From the human T2T-CHM13v2.0 reference genome, Homo sapiens: a stretch of 64,000 bases of DNA. Positions 21,438 through 41,003 of this stretch are shown here, one piece after another. The notes beneath the pieces were generated by a model that saw only the letters and a program-made list of their open reading frames with translations, did no database searches and was not told where the DNA came from. The translations under genes and the position numbers were made by a program. Where the stretch lies: NCBI RefSeq assembly GCF_009914755.1, contig NC_060929.1. One strand, given 5' to 3'. Numbering within the stretch: the stretch's first letter is position 1; each line of letters begins with the position of its first letter.

Positions 21438-21769
21438 TGTAAAATATTGCCTCATATTGCCATGTGACTGTCAATACTTCCCTGTGGGAGGAAGATACTT
21501 TACCACTCCATTAGTTATCAGTTTGGCCATGTGGCTTGTTTTAGCCAATCTAATGAGAATGAAAGTGATCAGAGCAGAAGTTTTAAGGGCTATCACAGTC
21601 CCGTTTACCATCTGCCATGAGAATGGCCTGTGTTAGAATGAAGAGACTCTTGCAACAGAGCTGAAACTAACTTGAAGCTGATGAGCAAGAAATAAACCCT
21701 TGTTGCTATAAGCCATGAATATTTTGGTGGTGTTACCACAGCATAGCCTGGCAAAAGCTGACTAATACA
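21438..21769 (+). mobile_element. MLT1 (H/I/J-type) solo LTR
   Basis: ttggccatgtggcttgttttagccaat; aagaaataaacc..ttgttgctataagcca..gctgactaataca. Confidence 0.75.
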
Positions 21770-22886
21770 TCTTTACTAAAGTGTAAGTCTTTTTTTTAAC
21801 TTCTAAAAAAATTAAAAATACAAGTCTTTTGGTGGGAAAGATCACACTGTATTCATGACTCGTCTTCATGACCTTGGCCTTCCAAAGTGCTGGGATTACA
21901 GGCATGAGCCACTACTTCTGGCTTTTTTTTTTTTTCACTAGAGAGTGATTTGTCTCTTATCCTTCATGAACCTAGCACAAAGCCTCACTTAAAGGCTCAG
22001 CAATTATTTACTGAGAGAATAAATAAATAAATCCAGCATTTACTAAGTGCTACTGTTATAATCCTTTACCTTATAGTACTGTGAAATTCAGAACACAATT
22101 TGACAGACATTGCCTCACTGAGCCTCAGGACATCCAGGGGAGAGCAGTAGGGGAGAAAGAGTATTATCCCACCTGTCTAACATCTCTGTTTTCTTTGGAG
22201 AACTACCCTCCCCCCATTCCATGTGGTTCTGGTGGGGCTGCCAGTCACAACCCCAGCCCTTCTGGTTACAAGAGTAGGCATATGACCCAGGTCTGTCTAA
22301 TCCCAGTATTGAATCCTCTGTACACAATGACTGGACCAGAGACAGGAATATGACCTAAATGGGACCAAGCATCAGAGCGCTTTCCTGAGAAGAGTGGCAG
22401 ACCCAGAAGGAAGATGTCTAGAAAGAGTCCGAAGTATGAGTGGGAAATTTCAAGAGGACACTTAACACTGCTCTGTAATCCTCCACCATTCCTCTAATGT
22501 GTTTACTTTCTCACTCTTCACAACTTATATTCCATACCTCTTCCTGTCTCTTCAGACATCTTTCACTCTCTTTACTCCTCCCTTTCAGCTGATGGTCTCG
22601 CCTCGTGCCTCATGGAGAAAACAGAAGCAATTAGACAGTTGCTCCCTCATTTTCCTAGCACCAATTCTACTTACCTACCTGCATGCGTATTCAAATTATC
22701 TGCCTTTTTTCTTATACATTGGATTAACTGTTCCCACTCCTATCAGTGGCCATCTGCTACCCTAGAACATGCTCAATAGCACGCAAACATTTTCTAATAT
22801 AGCCCAGCTTTAAAACATAAATAAATGACCCTACCCTCTATCTTGTATTGTCACCCAATTTTTCTACTGTGCTTCATGGCAAAACT

Positions 22887-23058
22887 TTTTTCTCTTTTCT
22901 TTCTTTCTTTTTTTTTTTTTTTTAAAGACAGGGTCTTGCTCTGTCACCCAGGCTAGGGTGCAGTGGTGTGAACATGGCTCACTGCATCTTCCGCCTCCTG
23001 GGCTCAAGCAATCCTCCCGCAGTGCTGGGATTACAGGCATGAGTCACTGTGCCCGACC
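22887..23058 (-). mobile_element. AluJ with internal arm-to-arm deletion
   Basis: Right-arm 3' part joined at ctcccgc|agtgctgggattacagg to the left-arm 5' end. Confidence 0.85.
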
Positions 23059-23408
23059 AAAACTGCTTGAAAGTTGTGTATAGTTGCTGCCTTCACTTCC
23101 TTCCTTGCATTCTCTCTTCAGTGAAGAAAAAACTCCACTGAAACTGATCATCGTTGGGATCACCAATGGTCAGCATGCTGCCAGGTCCAAAAGCCACTCC
23201 TCACTATTGTTGACTGCTGCTTCCATCTTGAAACATAATCTCCTCTTGGCTTCCAGGACACCATACTCTTCTGGTTGTCTACCTCACTGGGCACTTCTTC
23301 TTTGTCTCCTATGCTGGCTCCTTCTTTAACAAACTACTAAATGTTGGAAAGTGCTGGAACTCAACCTAGTTCCCTTTCTCTTCTCTATCTACATGTAGTC
23401 CCATGACT

Positions 23409-24151
<743 letters not shown>

Positions 24152-24358
24152 TAAAAAGATATATTGAAGTCCTAACCCCCCAGTACCTGTGAATGTGACC
24201 TTATTTGAAAATAGGGTCTTTGCAGATATAATCAAGTTAAGATTGCCATTGATTTTGACTTGGTGTAAAATAGGTTGATAAATAAGTAAATAATCAAGTT
24301 AAGATGAGATCACACTGGGTTAGGGTGGGCCCTAAATCCAATATGACTGGTGTTCTTA

Positions 24359-24841
<483 letters not shown>

Positions 24842-25155
24842 GACGAGAAACATAGAGACAGAGACACACAGGGAGAATACCAGGTGAAGATAGAGGCAGA
24901 GACTGGAGTGATGTGTCCATTAGCCAAGGTTTGCTGGCCACTACCAGAAAATAAGAGAGAGGCATGGAACACATTCTGTCTCAGAGTGTCCAGAAAGAAT
25001 CAACCTGATGACACCCTGCATTCATACTTCTGGCTTCCAGAACTGTAAGATAATAAATTTCTGTTGTTTTAAGCCACTTAGTTTGTGGTCATTTGTTATA
25101 GCAGCCATAGGAACCTAAAACAACATCTAATAGGCATCTCAAAAAAAAAATTCTG

Positions 25156-25599
<444 letters not shown>

Positions 25600-25621
25600 C
25601 AGCATCTCAAATTTAACATGA

Positions 25622-25976
<355 letters not shown>

Positions 25977-26126
25977 TAATGATTGTTCATATTTATGGGA
26001 TACACAGTGATGTTTTGATATATGTATATAATGTGTAATAACCTAATCAGGGTAGTTAGTATATACATCATGTTAAATATTTATCATTTCTTCGTGTTGT
26101 GAAAATTCAAAATATTCTCTTCTAGC

Positions 26127-26826
<700 letters not shown>

Positions 26827-27329
26827 TAATAAACACAACTCTTCTCACTTTCATGAGTTTGAGTTTTTTTAGCTCTCACATATGAATGAGAACATGTGTT
26901 ATTTCTCATTTTGTGTCTGACTTATTTCACTTAACATAATGTCTTACTGAAAATGACAGGATTTCATTCTTTTTTTATGGCTGAATAGTATTCCATTGTG
27001 TATAGGTAGCACATTTCCTTTATCCATTCATCTGTTAATAGACATTCAGGTTGATTCTGTATCTTGGCTATTGTGAAGAGGGCTGTAGTCTACATAGGGA
27101 TGCAGATATCTCTTCGATATACTGATTTCCTTTCTTTTGGTTATACCCGCAAAGGGATTGCTGGATCATATGGTAGTTCTATTTTAGTTTTTTGAAGAAC
27201 CTCCATACTGTTCTTCAGAGCGGCTGTACTATAATAATTTACATTCTCACCAACAGTGTACAAGCATTCCCCTTTCTCCACATCCTCCCAACTTATGTTA
27301 TTTTGTCTTTTTGATAAAAGCCATTTTTA

Positions 27330-27786
<457 letters not shown>

Positions 27787-27985
27787 TTAAATCAGATTTT
27801 TTTTTGCTGTTGAGTGTTTTTTGAGTTCCTTACATATTATGGAATATTAGTTCCTTGTTGGATGAATAGTTTGCAAATATTTTCCTCCATTCTACAGGTT
27901 ATCTTTTCACTGTTGATTATTTCCTTTGCTGTACAGAGCTTTCTAGTTTGCTATAGTTTGTCTGTTTTTTTTTTTTTTTGCTGCC

Positions 27986-28356
27986 CATATTAGTCTGCTC
28001 TCACACTGCTGTAAAGATACTACCCGAGACTGGGTAATTTATAAAGGAAAGAGGTTTAATTGACTCACAGTTGCACATGAGTTGGGAGGCCTCAGGAAAC
28101 TTACAATCATGGTGGAAGGTGAAGAGGAAGCAAGGCATGTCTCACATGATGGCAGGAGAGAGAGAGAGCACAGGGGAAATGCCAGGCACTTATCAAACAA
28201 CCAGATCTCATGAGAACTCCCTCACTACCATGAGAGCAGCACGGGGGAAACCACTTCCGTGATCCAATCATCACCTCCCACCAGGTCCCTACTCGACGTG
28301 TGGGGATTACAGTTCGAGATGAGATTTGGGTGGGGACACAGAGACAATCCATATCA
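27986..28356 (-). mobile_element. MSTA/THE1D solo LTR
   Basis: gagactgggtaatttataaaggaaagaggtttaattgactcacag..gagatttgggtggggacacag..ccatatca; 5-bp TSD ctgcc/ttgcc. Confidence 0.9.
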
Positions 28357-28529
28357 TTGCCTATGCTTTTGAAGCCTTACCCATGAAATCTTTGCATAGC
28401 CCATTGTCCTGAAGCATTTCCCCCATGTTTTCTTCTAATAGTTTTATAGTTTCAGGTCTTATGTTTAAGTCTTTAATCCATTTCGAGTTGATTTTTTTTG
28501 TTGTTTGCTATTGTGTGTGTTTTAGGTTT

Positions 28530-28663
28530 GCTGTTGTTGTTGTTTTAGAGACAGGGTATAGCTATGTTGCCCAGGCTGGTCTCAAACTTATGGCTTCAAG
28601 TGATTCTCACACCTCAGCCTCCTAAAGTGCTGGGATTACATACCCAAGCCACCCCATCTAGCC
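28530..28663 (-). mobile_element. FLAM
   Basis: Left monomer; TSD-like cattt.gagttga. Confidence 0.85.
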
Positions 28664-28740
28664 CATTTTGAGTTGAGAGATAGAAATCTCATTCTTCTAC
28701 ATATAGATATCCAGTTTTCCCAGCACTATTTTGTTCTTAA

Positions 28741-29056
<316 letters not shown>

Positions 29057-29291
29057 TAAATATGTGGATTTATTTCTGGATTTTCTATTCTGCAGAACAG
29101 AACTTTTATCATCACCTCTTCAAATCTGCTAGACTAGACTTTCCCCCAAGCCCTCCTTCTATTCTACCCCTGGTCTCCTTTTCACATAGCAAACAGAGTG
29201 TTCTTTTGAAAATATAAGTTCGATCAAGTCCCTCAGTGTTTAAAACCCATCAAAAGCCTCCCCATAATCCTTTGGATAAAATTAAATTTCC

Positions 29292-29410
29292 AGTGGACAT
29301 GGTGGCTCAAGCCTGTAATCCCAGCCCTTTGGGAGGCCGAGGCAGGAGAATTACTTAAGTTTAGGAGTTGGAGACCAGCTTGGGCAACAGAGTAAAACCC
29401 TGACTCTATT
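29292..29410 (+). mobile_element. FLAM / Alu left monomer
   Basis: ggtggctcaagcctgtaatcccagc...gggcaacagagtaaaaccc. Confidence 0.85.
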
Positions 29411-29485
29411 TTTTTTTTAAGAAAATTTCATTTCTTGGCCTATAAGGTCATTCATGATCTGGCCTGTATAGAAAAGAACAAACTG

Positions 29486-29690
<205 letters not shown>

Positions 29691-29959
29691 GACAGAGTCA
29701 GTCTCTCTCTTTCTCACTCAGGCTGAATGCAGTGGCACAATCTCGGCTCACTGCAACTTCCCATCTCAGTCTTCCAAGTAACTGGGACCACAGGCATGCA
29801 CCACCATGCCTGGCTATTTTTTTTTTTTTTGTATTTTTAGTAGAAATGGGATTTTGCCATATTGCCCAGGCTGGTCTCGAGCTCCTGAGCTCAAGCAATC
29901 CACCGGCCTCGGCCTCCCACAGTGGCTGGGGTTACAGGCATGAGCCACTGCGCCTGGCC
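29691..29959 (-). mobile_element. AluJ
   Basis: TSD caaactgtttt. Confidence 0.9.
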
Positions 29960-31088
29960 CAAACTGTTTTTCTTCTGCTCTCACACCACAACAACCATCA
30001 TAGAAGACTTCTGTGACCAAATATGTGGGGGTTTCTTCCCACCAATAAGCAAGCAGTGAGTTCTGCTGTGGATATCAACTGAATGTCCTCTAATTCAGTT
30101 CAATTGTGACACTATTTATCTGGAGATAGCATCAGACTCCTGAGTTTGAAGGCTCAGTCCCTAAGACTGCGTCCTCTTCCAATGCCAATTGCAAGCCCCA
30201 GGTTGTTTCATCTGTGCTTCTGACTGACCCCCCTCCTTGGGTTTGGTTAATTTGCTAGAGTAGCAGTTTTCTGCAAGGACTCAAAGAACACTTACTCATG
30301 TTTACCTATTTATTATAAAGGACATTACAAAGGACACAGATGAAGAGATGCATTGGGTGAGATATAGGAAGGCATGTGAAGCTTCCGTGCTTTCCCAGGG
30401 AGCGTCACCCTCCAGGAACCTCCATGGGTTCAGCTGTCCAGAAGCTCTCTGAACCCTGTCCTCCTGGGCCTTTTATGGAGACTGCATTGGATAGGCATAA
30501 TAGAAGCATGGACAGCCATGTAGAACTGTGGTTGGACAAGAAGGGGATGATCTAATGTTAACAGACTGAGTGGGGAAACCCAGCAAAGCCTGTCTGTTCA
30601 GATTCTTCTTGGCCTCTCTGCAGCCTTTCTTCCTCCAAGGTATGGGGCAGGTCCCTTCTGAAATGAGGGTCTTATGGTCTACAGTCAGACAAGGTAGGTC
30701 AGATAATTTCTTTATGGCCAGCTCCGAGACAGAAAGATGGGTAGGATTTGAGTCCTGCCTTGGAGAGAAAAAGGAGCAAGTGAAAGGAGGGCAGGAGTCA
30801 GAGAGAGATTCCATTTTCTGAGGCCTGCTTCTGATGCCTAAAGCAGCCCAACATTATAAAAAAGGCAGTAACAGGGGCTATGGGAGTTATGAGCCAGGAA
30901 CCATGGATGAAAACCATTCTATGCTGTGTATGTCACATGGCCCTGCCTCCTTGTGGTTGTCACCTCCCATCATGCCCTCCTGGCATGTAGGTCCTTTGCA
31001 CTGATTATTACCTCTTCCTGGGGCTGTTCTGTCCACAGATCTGGCATGACCTGACCTTCTTGACCTCCCAACATAAAGTGGGCCCAGG

Positions 31089-31404
31089 TTTTTTGTTTTT
31101 TTATTTTTTTATTTTTTGAGACAGGGTCTCACTCTGTCACCCAAGCTGGAGTGCAGCAGCCCAATCATGGTTCACTTCAGCCTCGACTTCCGGGGCTCAG
31201 GTGATCCTCCCACCTCAGCCTCCCAAGTAGCTGGGACTACAGGCATGTGTCACCATGCCTGGCTACCTTTTTTTTTTTTTTTAATATAGTGATGAGGTCT
31301 TACTATGTTGCCCAGGCTGGTCTCAAACTCCAGAGCTCAAGCAATCTGCCCATCTCGGTCTCCCAAAAAGCTGAGATTACAGGTATGAGCCACTGTGCCT
31401 GGCC
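31089..31404 (-). mobile_element. AluJ
   Basis: Full Alu; TSD aggtttt. Confidence 0.9.
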
Positions 31405-31574
31405 AACCACTAGGTTTTATTTCCTTCATGGGACAGTGTTTCCCTGCATGCTGAGCCTCTGGTTCCAGTCCCTGTGGCCTTGATTCTGACAGCTCTTCCT
31501 TCTTCAGACTCTGATTAGGGTCCTTCCCGAGTCTGGTCTCTTGTCTGCGAGTCAATGCATTCCATTTTTGCTTA

Positions 31575-31925
<351 letters not shown>

Positions 31926-32419
31926 GAATTTGAGAGGGTTTTGGCACTTTCAGTAGAAGAATGTAGCCTAATCAAAGGCTGAGCCCAGTCTCTACAAAGA
32001 ACTAACCCCCAAGGAAGGCTGCTCAGAAGTCCAGGCCCTTCCTGTGTAAGAAGCCCTGATGACTTTAGCTTAGCATCATTAAACTTTCCATTCTGTGATG
32101 GGAAAAGGCCATTTCCATCTTCCACCAAGTGTGGAGGGAGGCAGAGCTGACAGTTTATCTCTCAAATGCCCTCACCCTGCCAAACAGACATCAGAGTTTC
32201 CCTGGTGCTGGCTTCCTCCCGGACTGAGGCAGAAGCAGAGCATGGGACAGAGGAATTAGGGGAGAGAGGAGTCTCCCAGCCTGTGTCTGTGTGATGTGGA
32301 GATCGCTATGGTCTCCAAAGAGTTGAAAGAAGCTGCAGCTCTGCGTATCCTCTGGTGGCTGAATATAACAGTTTCATTTATTCAGCAGATTCCTAGCCAG
32401 GCACTGAGCTAGAACTTCA

Positions 32420-32745
32420 ATACTAATAATGGCGTCAACGGCTCCCATTTGGAGATGGCAGGCTATGGACCAGGCACAGTGCTGCACACTCTAGAAGCAT
32501 TATGTCAGGAGGCTGAGGCAGGACAATGGTGTGAACTCGGGAGGCGGAGCTTGCAGTGAGCCAAGATCGCGCGACTGCACACCAGCCTGGGCGACAGAGC
32601 AAGACTCCGTCTCAAAAAAAAAAAAAAAAGAAGCATTATGTCATCTCATTCTCACAACAGTTCCCTGAGACAGGTATAATTATCCCCACCTAACAGATGA
32701 AGAAACAGGCTCAGTGAACAGAAGGCACTTGCCAGGTGGTTTCTA
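32420..32745 (-). mobile_element. MIR, split by a truncated AluY
   Basis: ccaggcacagtgct.. | ..tctcacaacagttccctgaga..cagatgaagaaacaggctcag. Confidence 0.75.
32507..32629 (+). mobile_element. 5'-truncated AluY
   Basis: aatggtgtgaac..gcggagcttgcagt; perfect TSD agaagcattatgtca. Confidence 0.9.
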
Positions 32746-33387
32746 CTGCAAAGCTGTGATCTTTCTTCTGCAAGGAATTGCCTCTTTCCTAAACCTCCTG
32801 GCGCCTGGTTCCCAGCATGAGAACTTGTGACTAAATGTAGGTGACGGGGGCCTATGGCGGCCCTTCTGTGGCAGCCAATGAGGGAGCAGGGTAAGGACCT
32901 GCCAGCTCAGGAACCTGCCCTCCATGAATCTGCCCCCAGTTCTTTCACAGCTGTGGGGAGACACCAAGCCCTGAGTCACTTCCCTGGGAAATCCCCGCAG
33001 AGGCTTTCCTGGGAATAAGATAATGCAGGAATCTGGGCTGGACTGTCCAAGGGGCCCGATTCCTGCCAGCCAGCCTATACGTCTTGGAGCAAGACCTCAG
33101 GGTCTTCTCCAGATATGGACAGGCCTGATAGACATAAGCTGCAGTGGGACAAGCAACATGTGTAGAAGGCCTCTGGAGAGAGGGGTCTGGGAAAGGGATG
33201 GGGTGGGTATCTCTGCCATCAAGAGAATGATTGCTAAGGCTCCCTCCCAGGCCAAGGCAATGGCAACCTGTGATTCTGTGGGTCAGGGATGAGGCCACTT
33301 CAGTGAAAGGCCTTCAGCCTGACCCCCCCGTAGGAGACAGGGAGGCAAATGGCTGAGCAGATGCCATGGCCGAGAACTCAGGTTAGA

Positions 33388-33859
<472 letters not shown>

Positions 33860-34475
33860 CTAAAAATAGAGCTTTGAAAACATGACAGGGAGTCATGTGG
33901 AGTCTGGCTGCTGTGGGGGTCCCAAGTGTCTGAGCCCTTGTGATGCTGCCTGAGTATCCCTGGAAAGCCGAGTTGGCATCTGAAGGTGTGGGGATGGGGT
34001 TCGTGCTGGTGCCAGTCACACACCAGCCCACCTCCAAGCACAGAAGGGTGTTCCTCAAACCCTCTGGGCACGGCGTCTTTGCCTGTGATTTTCCTCTGAT
34101 GATATCTTGTTTTGCCAACTAAATTAAGACTATGACAGAGAACAGAGACTACCTCTAGCAGTTTAGTTCAATTAAGATTTCACATCAACAAATTAAAATG
34201 CACCCTCACCGTCTGCAAAGTAAATCTGCCTGCGTTTAGGAGGAGGCACTGACATTTGCTGTTCAGGCACCTAGCCGATGTGAGCTGAGTGTCAAAGAGG
34301 GCCTACCCTTTCTGGGACCAGTCTGGGGGTTCAGAGCCAGGAATTGTCTCCAGGGACTTACAGCCTCTGGGTCAGGCTTCTCAAGCATGAGTGTGAAGCT
34401 CCCTCTGAGCCTGTGAGAAAGTCTTCACTGGTTCTCCCTAAGATAACAAAAATGAGAGTAATGTCATGTTTTTAA

Positions 34476-34842
<367 letters not shown>

Positions 34843-34849
34843 TTTGTAA

Positions 34850-36245
<1,396 letters not shown>

Positions 36246-36268
36246 TTTGAAATCAGTAATAACCTAGA

Positions 36269-36640
<372 letters not shown>

Positions 36641-37354
36641 ATGCCCCTCTCACCTGTTTTTTATAATCCCAGAAGGCTGTTTGTGTAAGTGTGGTTTTTG
36701 TTTTTTTCTGTGAATGTAAAGGATTATTATCACATGGATTTGGTTATTGCCTCTGAAGGACTGGGGCAATTTGCAGGTCGTCTCTTGTTCTCTTGTCTTT
36801 CTTCTTCTCCCTGTTTCCTTCTCCCTCTGCCTCTGTAATCTTAGTTGGCCGTCATGTAAAACCGAAGAGAGTTTTATGCTTCCTAGTCCTACTATTTAGA
36901 GTGGATAAGTGGAATGTTTTTAATTTCTGTCTCTTAGAAAAACAACAGCTAAATTAAATTCTTTGTTACTTGTGTAACTCTCAACTGCTTTTCCTCTCAC
37001 TGTGCGTCAGCACCCCCACTTTCTAAGACTGAGAAGTCGATACTGCTTCCCAGGGAAAAGGAAAACACACCCAACATGGGCCTTTGGATTTCCCACCACT
37101 TCAAACTTCTCTTCTATTTAACTTGCATGGTAATTTGCATATATCTACATATGTTATGCAATCAGCCTGTTCTCCTTTTACATTTAAGCCTAAAATAATT
37201 TTGCGTTTCTGATGTTTTCCTTCTCTACTGCCTTCTTTATTTCTTTCTGGACCTGCAAAAGGAATTGATGAAAGGCCAGTGGTATGGACACACTACACAC
37301 AGCATGGGGGAAAGGAAGATTGGGGAACAGGATGATGAGATTGTCTCTGGGGCT

Positions 37355-37733
37355 TATTCATTCGTTCATCAAATATTTATTGAGCACCTACTATGTGCTA
37401 GGCCCTGTGTCAGTTGCTGGGAGTACAGCGATGAGCAAATCGATCACAGTTCTTACTCACATGGAGCTTACACTCTAGTGAGTAAAATAGTAAGCATAAA
37501 TAAAAAGATAACTTCTGATATTAACAAATTATATAAAGAACACATAGTGACTGGAAGATTGGTAGCTTATAGAAGGTCTCTCTGGAGAAGGAACTTTGGG
37601 CTGAGGCCTGAATGATAAGAAGGGGACAGCCATGGGGGGATTTGGTGGAATCCTGTTCCAGACAGTGGGAACAGCAAGTGAAGACACCTGAAATGAGAAT
37701 GAACTTGGAGGGTTTGAGGAGCAGAAAGGAGGT
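37355..37733 (-). mobile_element. L2 3' region
   Basis: attcattcgttcatcaaatatttattgagcacctactatgtgctagg..catggagcttacactctagtg. Confidence 0.8.
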
Positions 37734-38190
37734 GTATCATTTAGAATGTTTTTAGTAGAAAGAGAAGTCCCAATTCAAAATGGCACAAACAAGAAGGAAT
37801 TTTATTGCCTTCACATAAAGAAGCCTGGGGGCCATGGGGACAGGGTTCTAAGTTTGTTTAGTTTAGCAAATCAACATTATCAAGGGCTAGGTTATGTCCT
37901 TCTTTCTGCTCAGCCATTCTCTTGGGCTGGCTTCCTTCCAGACACCAAGATGGCAGCCAAAGCTCCAATCTCCCATTACATCCTCATCTCCATGCAGTGT
38001 CCAAAAGCAGAGAGAACAGTGCAAACTCGCTCCTTTTCAGAACAAGGCAACCCTTCCCACAACCCTGCACAGATTCCTCTTCACATCTCATAGCATAAGA
38101 AAATTACACAACACGCCCATTCCTAAACCAGTCATTAGCAAAAGGAATGGGATTACTAAGACTGGTTTAGAGCTGGGCAAGGGAGAAACC
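37734..38190 (-). mobile_element. MLT1K/L-like solo LTR
   Basis: tgtatcatttagaatg..aacaagaaggaattttattg; caagatggcagcc; cccattcctaaaccagtca. Confidence 0.65.
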
Positions 38191-38256
38191 TAGCTTCTGT
38201 AGAACTTTAGTGAAGAACCAATGTTCTCCATTTCTGACAAAAACCAGGCTTCTGTG

Positions 38257-38477
38257 AGCAGAGTGCAGTGGCGTGTGCCAATAATCCCAGCTACTCAGGA
38301 AGCTGAAGCAGGAGGATTGCTTGAGCCCAGGAGTTCAAGGTCAGGAAAATAGTAAGCATGGAAAAAAAAGAAAGAAAACACAAACCCCCATTCAACACTG
38401 TACTGGAGGTCCTAACTAGTGAAATAAGGTAAGAAAAAGAAATAAAAGATGTATATGTAAGAAAAATAAATAAATTT
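38257..38477 (+). mobile_element. Alu monomer (FLAM_A/FAM-like) plus L1 ORF2 fragment within one TSD
   Basis: TSD aaaacc(c)aggcttctg at 38240-38254 and 38478-38493; L1 peptide FNTVLEVLTSEIR*EKEIK. Confidence 0.75.
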
Positions 38478-38814
38478 AAAACCCAGGCTTCTGGAAGCAA
38501 AATTAAGCTTCATTAAGCAAAGAAATGGGAAAGGCCTACCTATAAGTAGGTGATCAGGAGTATCAGCCACAGGAGGTCAGTGTGGCCAGAGCATTGGTGT
38601 AAGAGGAGGTTATAGAGGTGGAACTGAGGGATGGCAGAGCTTGCTTTAGCTTCTTTGAATGCAGTCTTTCGAACTGGATAAATCCCTAAGGGCCTTATCC
38701 TTACCAGGAACCCCCTCCAGCATCCCCCGCTCTCCAGGACCCACCCCACCTCTGGGTGAGGAGCCATGGAAAGACTGCCCAGCTCAGGCAACAGACACCG
38801 ACTTTAATACTAAC

Positions 38815-38990
38815 TGATGACACTGGGTGTCACCTTTCCTTCCTTCAGTCTCAGTTTCATTATCCATAAAAATGATGCAATAACGTTTGTCCTGTTGGCC
38901 ATTCAGGGAGGTTGTAAGAATCAAGTGAGAGCATATCTGCATGTCCCTTGATGTGCCATGATTATTATTATTGCTATAGTTGTCATTCAT
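38815..38990 (+). mobile_element. MIR
   Basis: gtctcagtttcattatccataaaaatg..cagggaggttgtaagaatcaagtgaga. Confidence 0.7.
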
Positions 38991-39863
38991 CTTACATGAA
39001 AAACAAAAGGATTTTAAGTTTTAAGTAGTCACATGCTCCAGCTCCCGGGAAGGCACATCTGTCATTTTGGAAAGCTGTGTGTTCTGAGGGAGTAAGGAGG
39101 GTACCCTTGGGCTCTTTGTTCCCCAGACCTTTTCTCAGCACCTCCTGTGCCCCCACCCCCACCCTACCAGCAGCCTTCTGTGCTTTGCATCACAGATGTC
39201 CTTGGAAACAAGCTCAGCTGATGTTCAATAAAATGTAGGCTAAAGCTGGCTGAGTTATTATCCTTTTTTCTTGATAAAAAGAGTGGATGTATTTTCATTA
39301 CTGGCAGAGTGCTTTTAGCTAGTGTGGACAATTAAGCCCTGGAAATGCAGCAATCCATTTCACACTGAGAGAAGATTTGAGCAGGACTGTCACCAAAAAT
39401 CCAGGAGGAGCTGAAATCATGGCCATGGTGCCCAACAATAAAAAGCCATAGATATTTGGAGGCAGCCCACAGGGATTTGCCCCTCCGTGGAATGTTGCTG
39501 TTGCTGGCTTGGAATGAGAGCTGCGTCCCCTGATGCTTCTCCACTGGCCTCAAGACCCTTCTTAGCCACCCTCTTCCTCATTCTCACCTCTCTTGGGCAG
39601 GCAGGCAGGGAGGAGCACCCTGTTATTGGCAGCAGCTCCTACCAAACTTTGCCTTTTAGGTTCAGGCACCCTTCTTGGTTTTCTTCATGATCTCCTGATC
39701 ATCTCCTTCACCTCTGGAGACACATTCTGTCTCCAAAGAATTGGACCTCTAGACCAAGAGAATTGTCCATTCCAAAGCTACTAGATCAATGACGAAGTCC
39801 TCCTGTAGGGAATAACAACCCTCCTGCCTCCTCTATCCTTCCCTTCTTTCTTTCTCTTGTTCA

Positions 39864-40215
<352 letters not shown>

Positions 40216-40288
40216 CTAAAGGTAAAGGTGAGATGATCCCCCTTCAACCTCCCTGTCCAACCTAACCCAAGCTAGGGGAAGAGGTGGG

Positions 40289-40598
40289 TTTTTTTGTTTT
40301 GTTTTGTTTTGTTTTGTTGAGAGGGTCTTGCTCTGTCACCCAGTCTGGAGTGTAGTGGCACAATCTCAGCTCACTGCAACCTCTGTTTCCTGGGCTCAAG
40401 TGATCCTCCCACCTCAGTTGGCTGAGTAGCTGGGACCACAGGCATGTGCTGGCACACCCGGCTAATTTTTGTATTTTTGGTAGAGATGAAATTTCACCAT
40501 GTTGCCCAGGCTGGTCGCGAACTCCTGGACTCAAGCTATCTATCCACCTTGGCCTCCCAAAAGGCTGGGATTACAGGCATGAGCCACTGTGCAGGGCA
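40289..40598 (-). mobile_element. AluJ
   Basis: Full Alu; TSD-like aggggaagag. Confidence 0.9.
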
Positions 40599-40704
40599 GG
40601 GGAAGAGTCTTAAGGGGCAGATTCTTGGGAGCAACACAATTTGCAGGTGCTGTGGCTTATCTGGCTACACATCTACTACACATCTCATCTGCCTCCCCCT
40701 GCTG

Positions 40705-41003
40705 TTTTTTTTTTTTTTTAAGACAGAGTCTTGCACAGTTGCTCAGGCTGGAATGCTATGGAGCAGTCTTGGCTCACTGCAGCCTCAACTTCCCGGGCTC
40801 AAGCCATCCTCCTACCTCAGCCCCCTGAGTACCTGGGACCACAGGTGCATGACACCATGCCCAGCTAATTTTTTTGTATTTTTTGTAGAGATAGGGTCTT
40901 GCCATATTGCCCAGGCTTGTCTCGAACTCCTGGGCTCAAGCAATGAGCCTGCCTCGGCCTCTCAGAGCGTTGGGATTACAGGCGTGAGCCACCATGCATG
41001 GCC
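40705..41003 (-). mobile_element. AluJ
   Basis: Full Alu. Confidence 0.9.

Noticed and set aside
38257-38477. BC200 (BCYRN1) retrocopy
   Set aside because: The monomer starts with a FAM/FLAM_A-like ggcgtgtgcc..cagctactcagg, and the 3' unique part is L1-derived rather than the BC200 C-rich domain.
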